Source of the DNA: Mobula hypostoma
Taxonomy: Eukaryota
Direction of reading: 5' to 3'
Length of the DNA: 64,000 nucleotides
Assembly: GCF_963921235.1 (NCBI RefSeq)
Contig: NC_086108.1
Coordinates: 620,001-684,000 of the forward strand
Below are positions 52,461-64,000 of this stretch, in pieces (positions within the stretch are counted from its first letter, which is position 1; each line of letters begins with the position of its first letter). The translations under genes were made by a program, and so were the position numbers. Below the pieces are notes generated by a model. That model worked only from the letters and a program-made list of their open reading frames with translations, was not told where the DNA came from and ran no database searches.

Positions 52461-54632
52461 ATCAACCCAAATCCATCCTTTAAGTCGGACCTAGTCACGC
52501 TCCTATCTCGAAATAAGAAGGCTCTGACTTCAACCCCTCCAGCTGTCAACTGAGTCTGAAAGGCATGAAACAGAGTCCTTGCATATATATGAAAGATTCC
52601 ACATAACTGTTTGAAAGAAGTTCTTTTTCCCCGACTGTTATTTAAACCTTGCTGAGTAGTGCTTGGATTATCCAGTCACCATCACATCTGTTTTTAGAAT
52701 CTTGCTGTGCATAGATTGCCTGCCACATTTCATGACTTTGTTATGTGTAAAATGCATTGGGATATTCTGAAAGGGATATAGAAGGTGAGGACTTTTCTGG
52801 GGGACTGATTCGTCAAGCACCTTTGCACCATCCGTCACGAGCGGAACTTCTTGGTAGCCAAATATTTTAATTCTCATTCCCATTCCGATGTGTTGGTCCA
52901 AGGCCTGCTGTTGGGCCAAGATGAAGTCACCCCAAAGGTGGAGGAGTAACACCTTGTATTCTGTCTTGGTAGCCTTCAACTCGATGGCATGAATATTGAT
53001 TTCTCCTGGTAAACAAATTCCACCACCCTCACCCCTCACTCTGACCTTTTACTTCTTCTCACTTTCCTGTCACTTCCCCCGGGTCCCCTCTTCCCCTATC
53101 AGATTCCTTCTTCTCCAGCCCTTGACCATTGCCACTCCCCCGCCCTGCCAGCTTCACTTTCCAGCTAGCCTCCTTCCCTTCCCCTTGCCCCCACCAAATT
53201 GTGTTTGTCTACTGCTGTGACTTGCGGTGAATATCAGACCACATCATGAGAAATTAATGCAGTAATTGCAGAGTTCACAAACTTTTTCTTGCAACTGTAT
53301 GCTGCTTAACAGCATGCTGACCATGAAACAAGCAAAGATCTATCATGACAAACTTAAAATTGAAGGTATGTGTGAATATTCAGCAGGCTGGTTGCAGAAA
53401 TTTAAGGAAAGACATTAAATTTTAATTCTGATTCCCATTCCAACATGTGGGTGTGTGGCCTCCTCTTGTGTCATGATGAGGCCACCCTCAGGATGGTGGA
53501 GCAACACCTTATATTTCATCTGGATAGCCTCCAACCCGATGGCATGAATATCAATTCCTCCTTCCGGTAAACGCATTTCCACCCTCCTCCACTCCTCCTC
53601 TATTCCTCACACTGACCTTTTACCTCTTCTCACCTGCCTCTTGCTTCCCCAGGTCTCCACCTCCTTCCCTTTCTGGTACGGTCCACTCTCCTCTCCTGTC
53701 AGATTCCTTCTCCTCCAGCCCTAGATTTTTCCCACCAACCTGGCTTCACCTATCACCTTCCAGTTAGCCTCCTTCCCCTCCCCCTCCCCCCCCCAGTCCT
53801 GAAGAAGGGTCTTGTCCCAAAAAGTCAACTGTTTATTCACTTGTAAAGATGCTGCCTGACCTGCTGAGTTCCTCCAACATTTTGTGTGTGTTGCTTTGGA
53901 TTTCCAGCATCTGCAGATTTTCTCTTGTTTAGTCTTTTTTAGTATCTGCCCCATCTGTACAACAGTGATTGAAAAATAGAAATTTCGCAGTAAGTCACTG
54001 ACTGGAAAGTGTAATGGGGTTGAGTGTTTTCTTGTCTGAGGCTAAACCAGACTGTTGCAACTTTAATTGTTTTGACTCGCTCCAAGCTGAGCTCTTTGAC
54101 CCTGTGTACTTGCTATTGGCCAAGCCTCTGGAGTTACTTATTCCAACAATCTCCTGGCTGGCCTCCCTCCTTCCGACCTCTGTTATTTAAAAAAAGGCTT
54201 CCAAAACTTGTTGTTTTCATCTTAACTCAAAACAATTCTCTTCCTGCCATCTATCTCCCCCTGTGTTGTCTCCATCATGTAGCAATTTTAAGAAGTTCTT
54301 TTTAAAAAAAACATTTAACAAATAAAGAATAAAGAATGTATAAAAATATAGTCATAACAAAGTACAGCACAGAAACCAGCACTTTGGCCCAACTAGTCCA
54401 TGCCAAACTATTTAAACTTCCTACTCACATCAACCTGCACCAGGACCATAGTCTTCCATAACCCTTCCATCGAGTGGCAGAGCAGACTCCTTGGGCCAAA
54501 AATGACCAAATGCTGCTCCTCTGTCTTAGCACCTAAACAACAGGAATTCTGCAGATGCTGGAAATTCAAGCGACACACATCAAAGTTGCTGGTGAACGCA
54601 GCAGGCCAGGTAGCATCTCTAGGAAGAGGTGC

Positions 54633-54668
54633 AGTCGATGTTTCAGGCCGAGACCCTTCGTCAGGACT
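54633..54668 (-). ncRNA. Minimal hammerhead motif (GUC changed to AUC)
   Basis: Minus strand: AGTC-CTGACGA-A-GGGT[CTCG]GCCT-GAAA-CATC-GACT. Confidence 0.65.
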
Positions 54669-57387
54669 AACTGAAGGAAGAGTGAGTAAGGGATTTGAAA
54701 GTTGGAGGGGGAGGGGGAGATCCAAAATGATAGGAGAAGACAGGAGGGGGAGGGATAGAGCCAAGAGTTGGACAGGTGATAGGCAAAAGGGGATACGAGA
54801 GGATCATGGGACAGGAGGTCTGGGAAGAAAGACAAGGGGGCGGGGGACCCAGAGGATGGGCAAGAGGTATATTCAGAGGGACAGAGGGAGAAAAAGGAGA
54901 GTGAGAGAAAGAATGTGTGCATAAAAATAAGTCACAGATGGGGTACGAGGGGGAGGTGGGGCCTTAGCGGAAGTTAGAGAAGTCGATGTTCATGCCATCA
55001 GGTTGGGGGCTACTCAGACGGAATATAAGGTGTTGTTCCTCCAACCTGAGTGTGGCTTCATCTTTACAGTAGAGGAGGCCGTGGATAGACATGTCAGAAT
55101 GGGAATGGGATGTGGAATTAAAATGTGTGGCCACTGGGAGATCCTGCTTTCTCTGGCGGACAGAGCGTAGATGTTCAGCAAAGCGGTCTCCCAGTCTGCA
55201 TTGGGTCTCGCCAATATATAAAAGGCCACATCGGGAGCACCGGACACAGTATATCACCCCAGTCGACTCACAGGTGAAGTGTTGCCTCACCTGGAAGGAC
55301 TGTTTGGGGCCCTGAATGGTGGTGAGGGAGGAAGTGTAAGGGCATGTGTAGCACTTGTTCCGCTTACACGGATAAGTGCCAGGAGGGAGATCAGTGGGGA
55401 GGGATGGGGGGGGGGGGGACGAATGGACAAGGGAGTTGCATAGGGAGCGATCCCTGCGGAATGCAGAGTGGGGGGAGGGAAAGATGTGCTTAGTGGTGGG
55501 ATCCCGTTGGAGGTGGCGGAAGTTACGGAGAATAATATGTTGGACCCGGAGGCTGGTGGGGTGGTAGGTGAGGACCAGGGGACGACTTTATCCGCTCAGG
55601 GGATCTCCCATCCACTGCTACCAACCTTATAGTTCCCACACCCGCACTTCCCGTTTCTACCTCCTACCCAAGATCCACAAACCTGCCTGTCCTGGCTGAC
55701 CTATTGTCTCAGCTTGCTCCTGCCCCACCGAACTCATTTCTGCATACCTCGACACGGTTTTATCACCCCTTGTTCAATCCCTTCCGACCTATGTTCATGA
55801 CACTTCTCACGCTCTTAAACTTTTCGATGATTTTAAGTTCCCTGGCCCCCACCGCTTTATTTTCACCATGGATGTCCAGTCCCTATATACTTCCATCCCC
55901 CATCAGGAAGGTCTCAAAGCTCTACGCTTCTTTTTGGATTCCAGACCTAATCAGTTCCCCTCTACCACTACTCTGCTCCGTCTAGCGGAATTAGTCCTTA
56001 CTCTTAATAATTTCTCCTTTGGCTCCTCCCACTTCCTCCAAACTAAAGGTGTAGCTATGGGCACCCGTATGGGTCCTAGCTATGCCTGCCTTTTTGTTGG
56101 GTTTGTGGAACAGTCTATGTTCCGTGCCTATTCTGGTATCTGTCCCCCACTTTTCCTTCGCTACATCGACGACTGCATTGGCGCTGCTTCCTGCACGCAT
56201 GCAGAACTCGTTGACTTTATTAACTTTGCCTCCGACTTTCACCCTGCCCTCAGTTTACCTGGTCCATTTCCGACACCTCCCTCCCCTTTCTAGATCTTTC
56301 TGTCTCTGTCTCTGGAGACAGCTTATCTACTGATGTCTACTATAAGCCTACTGACTCTCACAGCTATCTGGACTATTCCTCTTCTCACCCTGTCTCTTGC
56401 AAAAACGCCATCCCCTTCTCGCAATTCCTCCGTCTCCGCCGCATCTGCTCTCAGGATGAGGCTTTTCGTTCTAGGACGAGGGAGATGTCTTCCTTTTTTA
56501 AAGAAAGGGGCTTCCCTTCCTCCACTATCAACTCTGCTCTTAAACGCATCTCCCCCATTTCACGTACGTCTGCTCTCACTCCATCCTCCCACCACCCCAC
56601 TAGGAATAGGGTTCCCCTGGTCCTCACCTACCACCCCACCAGCCTCCGGGTCCAACATATCATTCTCCGTAACTTCCGCCACCTCCAAGTGGAACAAGTG
56701 CTACACATGCCCTTACACTTCCTCCCTTACCACCATTCAGGGCCCCAAACAGTCCTTCCAGGTGAGGCAACACTTCACCTGTGAGTCGACTGGGGTGATA
56801 TACTGCGTCCGGTGCTCCTGATGTGGCCTTTTATATATTGGCGAGACCCGACGCAGACTGGGAGACCGCTTTGCTGAACATCTACGCTCTGTCCGCCAGA
56901 GAAAGCAGGATCTCCCAGTGGCCACACATTTTAATTCCACATCCCATTCCCATTCTGACATGTCTATCCATGGCCTCCTCTACTGTAAAGATGAAGCCAC
57001 ACTCAGGTTGGAGGAGCAACACCTTATATTCCGTCTGGGTAGCCTCCAACCTGATGGCATGAACATTGACTTCTCTAACTTCCGCTAAGGCCCCACCTCC
57101 CCCTCGTACCCCATCTGTTACTTATTTTTATGCACACATTCTTTCTCTCACTCTTCTTTTTCTCCCTCTGTCCCTCTGAATATACCTCTTGCCCATCCTC
57201 TGGGTCCCCCTCCCTGCCCCCCGTCTTTCTTCCCGGACCTCCTGTCCCATGATCCTCTCGTATCCCCTTTTGCCTATCACCTGTCCAGCTCTTGGCTCTA
57301 TCCCTCCCCCTCCTGTCTTCTCCTATCATTCTGGATCTCCCCCTCCCCCTCCAACTTTCAAATCCCTTACTCACTCTTCCTTCAGTT

Positions 57388-57423
57388 AGTCCTGACGAAG
57401 GGTCTCAGCCTGAAACGTCGACT
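57388..57423 (+). ncRNA. Minimal type I hammerhead ribozyme motif, intact core
   Basis: AGTC-CTGACGA-A-GGGT[CTCA]GCCT-GAAA-CGTC-GACT. Predicted cleavage after C57419. Confidence 0.75.
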
Positions 57424-60400
57424 GCACCTCTTCCTAGAGATGCTGCCTGGCCTGCTGCATTCACCAGCAACTTTGATGTGTGTCGCTTGTCTTAGCACCT
57501 ATTTGTTCTGCTGTTACCAGTAATTTGTTTTATCATTTAAAGGTTGAGTGTTTTAGTGATAACAGCCATGACAACAGTTCAGTTAGGTGGAAAACCTGAA
57601 GCAAGGTTTTGGAACTGAATTTCCATTTCTCCTAAATTGTTCAAAGACATAGGAACAGAATTAGGCTATATAGCTAATCAAGTCTACTATGCCATTCCAT
57701 CAAGGCCAATTTATTACCTCCCTCAACCCCATTCTACTGCCTTCTTCCCATAAGCTTTGATCCCTTTACTAATCAAGTTCCTGTCACCCTCCGCTTTGGC
57801 CTCCACTGTTGAGTGTGACAAGGAATTACACAGATTCATCTTTCTCTGGAAAAAGAGCTCCTCTGCTATATCACTCTCATTTAAGTCCAAACAGTGAAAA
57901 ACAGAAGGAAATGGGGTAGACCACTCAGCTCCTCAAACAAGCCCCATCCCGATCATTCTTTACCATGGTTGATTTGCCTGGGCCTCGTCTGTGTCAGTTT
58001 CTCTTCAATCCCAATTCCTTCAAAGAATTTGTCTCCTACCTACTTAAAATCTTCATCTCCTCAACCCACTGGGGTAGTAAGTTCCACACATGTGTGGTAG
58101 CGTTGTGGTTAGGGTAACGCTTTACAGCAGTTGGAAGATCCGGATTCATTTTCTGCCACTGTCTGTCAGGAATTTGATTGTGACCGTGCTTGTTTCCTCC
58201 TGGCGGTCTGGTTTCCTCTCATACTCCAAAGATGTATGTGTTAGGGTTAGTAAATTGTGGGCGTGTTGGTGCTGAAGGCGAGGCGACCTTACATATCTTC
58301 AGTCTGTCTTGGCCATTGACACAAATGATACATTTCACTGTATGTTTCAATGATTAGCTTTGTCATATGTACTTCCAATCTGTCTAACCCCTAATCTCTC
58401 CCCCTGTGAGGAGGAATTCCTACACGCCTCAGGTTTAAATGATTGCCTACGTATCTTGTAAATATTAGCTAGGTACTTGTTTACTGACTCAGCCCTGCCC
58501 AATTGCTTAATCTTAGTTCTGCCAGTTTATTTGCTAAACAAAATTATTTTTAAATTATTGCCTGCAGCTATATATTGAAGCTTGTGTCTTGTACAGGAAT
58601 ATAGTGATACGGCTTGGAAACTGGCCCTTTGCCCCATCAAGCTTGTACTTATTGTCTATTATACCACTGGGGTTTAGGGCAGTAGTGAAGGTCCTCCAAG
58701 TCTGATGGTGCCCAGGACTTCCTTTGTCTTGTCGGTAGCTTCCACTCAGTTTTCACTACTACTAACCATGCAAGTCCTGGGTGGAGATTCAGAAATAACA
58801 GTTGTGCTCAGATGTAGAAGGATTCTTCTTGTAACAGTTTTGTTTGACCAGTCAGGGCTGTTAGCCTGAGCTGAACCCCCGAACCTGGAGGACTGGTGGA
58901 CTACTGTGAGTCTGGTCTCTACCCTTTGACCTGTTTGGCATGGGTGACCCTACCAGGAGCCCAATCATAAAGCCCTGACATAGCTCTCTGAATCATTGGG
59001 GCATGCAAGGTTGTGGTCCTTTTGGAGGATCACTCATCAAGCTTGTGCTGACCAATAAATTCCCATTTGCACTAATAGGTAAATGTGTGGCAGCGCAGCA
59101 TGGTGCAGTCACATAGCAGTTAGCACATCATTTAAAGTGCCAGTGATCACCAGTTAGGTTTCAATCCCACCACTGCCTGTAAGGAGTTTGTACATTCTCC
59201 CAGTGACCGTGTGAGTTTCCCCTGATTGTTCCAGTTTCTTCCCAAAGTCCAAAGGTGTACAGTTATTACGATTAGTGAGTTGTGAGCATGCTATATTAGG
59301 GCCAGAAACATGGCGACACTTGCAGGCTGACCAGCATATCCTGGCTGATTTGTTTTGAAGCAAGCAACATATTTCACTGCATGGTTCGATGTATATAAGT
59401 CCCATTTTTAAAATGCTTTTGTCATTCCCATCAACTCTGCCTCAGATTCTACCCCTCACTTGTACACTTGGGACAATTTACTGTGGCCATTCAACCTCCC
59501 TACCTACACAACCTTGGGATGTGGAAAAAAAAATTGGAACGCCAGAGGAAACCCATCCGGTCACAAGGAGAACGTGCGACCTTCATACAGACAGACTAAT
59601 GTCAGGATAGATCCCTGATCTCTACTTCCCTCATGGTCAGGGGGAGAACATACAGACAGCGGTGAGAATTAAACCCCAATCTTCCAATTGCTGGTGCCAT
59701 AGAGCGTCATGCTAACCATGCCATGTATCCATGCAGTGATGCAGCAGCTGTGGCGGTATACCACTGCAACCCAACCTTGCAGTACACAACCAATTTACGC
59801 AGGGGGTACAGTGTAATCTTGTGGCCGCATGTGGATTTTTCAAGGTTGCAGGCTCAAGGTGGATTTGTTATCAAAGTATGCGTGCAGTATACAACTCTGA
59901 GATTTGTCTTCTCCAAATAGCCACAAAACAAAGAACCATGGAAGTTGTTCAAAGAAAAACATCAACAAAAAACAAATCATGTAAATGGCACCAAGAATAT
60001 CAACCCCACTCTCCCACCTCCTTACACAAGAAATAAATCATGCTAAAGGTAACAAGAAAATCAAACCCAAACCCCTTCTTGCACAAAAATATAAAAACAT
60101 AAAACTGAAAGAGTCCAAGCGAACTGTAGTCCAATTAATAACTTGCAGATTGGAATTTAAGTGCTATCCTGCAACAGCATCGAGAGACAGTGAGAGCATT
60201 TGAATGCAGGGGCCTTCTCTCAGGGGCAACGAGCAAGAGACTGTCACACGCAGACACCTTCCTCTGGCAGTACTTGCTTGCTTTGATGTTTCAATCTTCC
60301 TCAAAGCATTAATCGACAAGATCAGCAAAAAAAAATGGAGTCGATCATGGTCTCTTAGCTTCTGGGCCTTGAGGCCACTCACCTCCTGGAATCTTCTCGG

Positions 60401-61334
60401 AGATAGCAAAGTGCAGATCACTCAACGGATCTTCAAACTGTAGATCACAGACCCTAACACAATGACCTCCTCTCCCTCTAGAACAGAGGTTCCCAATCTG
60501 GGCTTCATGGATCCCTTGGTTAATGATAACTCCTGTAAGAGAAACACCTGTTGATCAGAAGCCATGTCCTAATTGTAATGAAAGACCAGTCTTATAACAT
60601 TGTAAACCTTAACTGTCTTTTCACCTTAACTGCACTGTGAAAATGCCAAAGCTTTGCAACTGAAAGATCATGTTGTTTTCTCCCCTGAAGTGCCTAATCT
60701 TGTTCAGTTAGATATAGATTTTATCTCTGTGAAATGAGGTAATTCATGACATACCAGCTATCCAAAATATGTGATACAACACATACTGAGTTTTGTAGCT
60801 ATTTAATGTTAGCCAGCAGGTTTACAATTGTGGTGTAATGGCTGTCACGTCTGCATCCCAATCAGAAGGCTACCTATTGAAAACCTTCAGAGCTGTGCAA
60901 AAGTCTTGCGTAATATGCACTATGCTAACATTTGTGTAACATTTGCACAGTACTGTATTGGTCCACGAGTTTGTAAATCTGGCAGGAACAGAGGATCACG
61001 CAAACACGAGGAAATCTGCAGATGGTGGAAATTCAAGCCACACACATCAAAGTTGCTGGTGAACGCAGCAGGAATGTTGGGAATGGCGAGGGTTGAGCGC
61101 ACAGGAGAGGTGTGGGACAGGTGGCAGAGGAGAGTGCTGGGGTGCATTTAGCACAGGTACAGACACCCAGCCCTGAGACACCAGGCAAGGTTATTTGATT
61201 CTGAACATTTAGTTTATTGATCATTACAAAATGTCTCTCTGGTGCTTCCTCCCCCCTCCCCTCTCCCCTTTTCCAACCATGATTCCCCTCTCCCTGCCCC
61301 CTTCCCACTCTCAGTCCACAGTAGAGACCCGAAT

Positions 61335-61572
61335 CATAAGAACATAAGAAATAGGAGCAGGAGTAGGCCATCCGGCCCATCGAGCCTGCTCCACCATTCA
61401 ATAAGATCATGGCTGATCTGGCCATCGACTCATCTCCACCTACCTGCCTTTTCCCCATAACCCCTAATCCCCCTACTATACAAAAATCTGTCCAACCTTG
61501 TCTTAAATATATTTACTGAGGTAACCTCCACTGCTTCATTGGGCAGAGAATTCCATAGATTCACCACTCTCA
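61335..61572 (-). mobile_element. CR1 3' UTR fragment
   Basis: (TTCTTATG)n tail and CR1 3' UTR stem. Confidence 0.75.
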
Positions 61573-62106
61573 GAATCAGGTTCATCAGCACTCACATATG
61601 TCATTTTTTTGGTCGTAATACAGTGGAATACATAAAATTACTACAATACTGTGCAAAGGTCTTGGGCACCCTAACTGTAGGTGTGTGTATATATATAAGA
61701 TTTTTGCACAGTGCAGGGAGTTGAGCACAAAGATCTTAACCAATGCTATAGTATAGGGCAGAAGGAGTGCTGCAGTGTTAATTGTCCTTCATGTGACAGA
61801 AGGATGAGGCAACTTGTGTTCTAAATATAATTTATTTGCTTATTTATTACTATTGTTAATGTATATGCACAATTTGTCTTTTGCACATTGGTGTTTGTCA
61901 GTCTTTGTTCAATTGCTCTATTTAATATCAGAGAATGTACACAACCTGAAACCCTTACTCTTCACGGACATTCACGAAACAGAAGGAAATCCCAAAGAAT
62001 GAATGATAGAAAAATGTCAGAACCCCAAAGCCTCGCTTCTCCCCCCACCACCCCCCAGCCCATGGACAAGCAGCAGCATAGCATCAGTCCTCTCCCTCTG
62101 CTCACT

Positions 62107-63230
62107 TAGAAACATAGAAAGCCTACAACACAATACAGGCCCTTTGGCCCACAAAGCTGTGCCGAACATGTCCCCACCTTAGAAATTACTAGGCTTACCT
62201 ATAGCCCTCTACTTTTCTAAGCTCCATGTACCTATCCAAAAGTCTGTTAAAAGATCCTATCGTATCCGCCTCCACCACCGTCACCAGCAGCCCATTCCAC
62301 GCACTCACCACTCTCTGTGTAAAAAAACTTACCCCTAACATCTCCTCTGTACCTACTTCCCAGCACCTTAAACCTGTGTCCTCTTGTGGCAGCCGTTTCA
62401 GCCCTGGGAAAAAGCCTCTGACTATCCACACAATCAATGCTCTTCATCATCTTATACACCTCTATCAGGTCACCTCTCATCCTCCGTCGCTCCAAGGAGA
62501 AAAGGCTGAGTTCACTGAACCTGTTTTCATAAGGCATGCTCCCCAATCCAGGCAACATCCTTGTAAATCTCCTCTGCACCCTTTCTATGGCTTCCACATC
62601 CTTCTTGTAGTGAGCTGACCAGAACTGAGCACAATACTCCAAGTGGAGTCTGACCAGGGTCCTATATAGCTGCAACATTACCTCTCGGCTCCTAAATTCA
62701 ATTCCACGATTAATAAAGGCCAATACACCTTATGCCTTCTTAACTACAGCGTCAACCTGTGCAGCTGCTTTGAGTGTCCTATGGACTTGGACCCCAAGAT
62801 CCCTCTGATCCTCCACACTACCAAGAGTCTTACCATTAATACCATACTCTGCCATCATATTTGACATACCAAAATGAACCACTTCACACTTACCTGGGAT
62901 GAGCTCCATCTGCCACTTCTCAGCCCAGTTTTGCATCCTGTCAATGTCCCGCTGTAATCTCTAACAGCTTTCCACACTATCCACAACACCTCCAACCTTT
63001 GTGTCATCAGCGAATTTACTAACCCATCCCTCCACTTCTTCATCCAGGTCATTTATAAAAATCGCGAAGAGTAGGGATCCCAGAACAGATTCCTGAGGCA
63101 CCACTGGTGACCGGGACCGACCTCCATGCAGAATATGACCCGTCTACAACCACTCTTTGCCTTCTGTGGGCAAGCCAGTTCTGGATCCACAAAGCAACGT
63201 CCCCTTGGATCCCATGTCTCCTTACTTCCT
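62107..63230 (-). mobile_element. CR1 3' portion
   Basis: ORFs 62247-62723 and 62730-62936 (WAEKWQME, LYRTLVRLHLEYCAQFWS). Confidence 0.9.
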
Positions 63231-63399
63231 CCTTACTTGTTTCAGCAAGAAGCATCTGGCCCCACCCACTAAGCAAGCAATACCAAAGGCCCCCCAAAGA
63301 GACCATGTCTCTCTCTGTCTCTCCCTCTCTCTCCCTCCCCCCCCCCTTTGTCCCTCCCCTTCCACAGGGAGAGATCGCTGTTACAATGCAGCAGTCTTC

Positions 63400-63637
63400 A
63401 GCGTTGTTTATTCAAGCTCATCAAACTCAACAGCCAGCATACTTGGTGTGTAGCTTTTCATTGTGAAAATGTTGTTGCTCCTTTTCACGCCTTGTGGTGC
63501 ATCAGGTGGCATTTTTTGCCATTTCCTTAGCATTTGTCTGCTTTTTAATGGATGGCAAGTATGCAAGGAACTGTCCAAATTTGAACCCAGGACCATTTGC
63601 CTCGAAGTCCAGTGCTGATGCCACTACACCACTGGCT
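63400..63637 (-). mobile_element. tRNA-derived SINE (different family)
   Basis: Minus strand: GCCAGTGGTGTAGTGG (A box)..GGTTCAAAT (B box). Confidence 0.6.
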
Positions 63638-64000
63638 GACTCACTTCTCATTGATACTATTGTAAATCTTTGTTCTACTGTGAATGCCTGCAATTCAATG
63701 AATGTCAGGCTAGTATATGGTGACATATACTTACTTTGGCAATATATGCTTTGGCCTCTACTCTCCCAGCTAACACGGCTTTAGAAAAAAATCTCCAACA
63801 TTATTTTCAGGAAAAGCCAGAGAGTTGATCTTATGACTTCAGTAATATCTGTCCCTTAATTATTAATCTGGCAGTTATTATGTTGCTGTCCGTGGGGCTT
63901 GCACTGCACAAATTGTCTGCCTCCTTTCCCAGATTACAATGGATCTGAAACACTTCATCGGATCTTTCACTGTACCTGTGTTCATAAATACGTGGGTCAT

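Larger units (their letters stand above)
54536..57487. mobile_element. Penelope-like (Neptune-type) retroelement with inverted terminal structure and 14-bp TSD
   Basis: TGTCTTAGCACCTA at 54522-54535 and 57488-57501. RT on + (MDVQSLYTSIPH..GVAMGTRMGPSYA..RYIDD, 55868-56293), Cys linker CYTCPY, and GIY-YIG on both arms (54964-55290 minus; ~56760-57088 plus). Confidence 0.95.

Noticed and set aside
1..64000. CRISPR arrays or prokaryotic systems
   Set aside because: Eukaryotic repeat-rich DNA with no regularly spaced repeat-spacer array or operon.

Overview
Repeat-dense vertebrate genomic DNA. The repeat families suggest a cartilaginous fish, probably a ray; this is inference, not a database result. 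Most of the window is nested, decayed mobile DNA: CR1 LINEs (one nearly intact), Rex1/Babar LINE fragments, an I/Nimb-like 3' end, a Gypsy-type solo LTR, tRNA-derived SINEs, Tc1/mariner and Tigger/pogo transposons, and many Penelope-like (PLE, GIY-YIG) pieces. One host gene is clearly recognisable: PPP1R37 exon 1 (+, ATG 36350, donor after 37811) with a CpG-rich promoter. It has a very long N-terminal extension containing three 41-aa repeats, and the rest of the window appears to be its intron 1. A weaker model suggests a divergent minus-strand gene (exons 5922-5968 and 1843-1961). The most notable non-coding signal is about 14 minimal hammerhead-ribozyme motifs carried by PLE terminal repeats. 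Two have intact cores (5555-5590, 57388-57423). The second lies sense to the PPP1R37 pre-mRNA, inside a 3-kb inverted PLE with a 14-bp TSD and ~0.8-kb arms.
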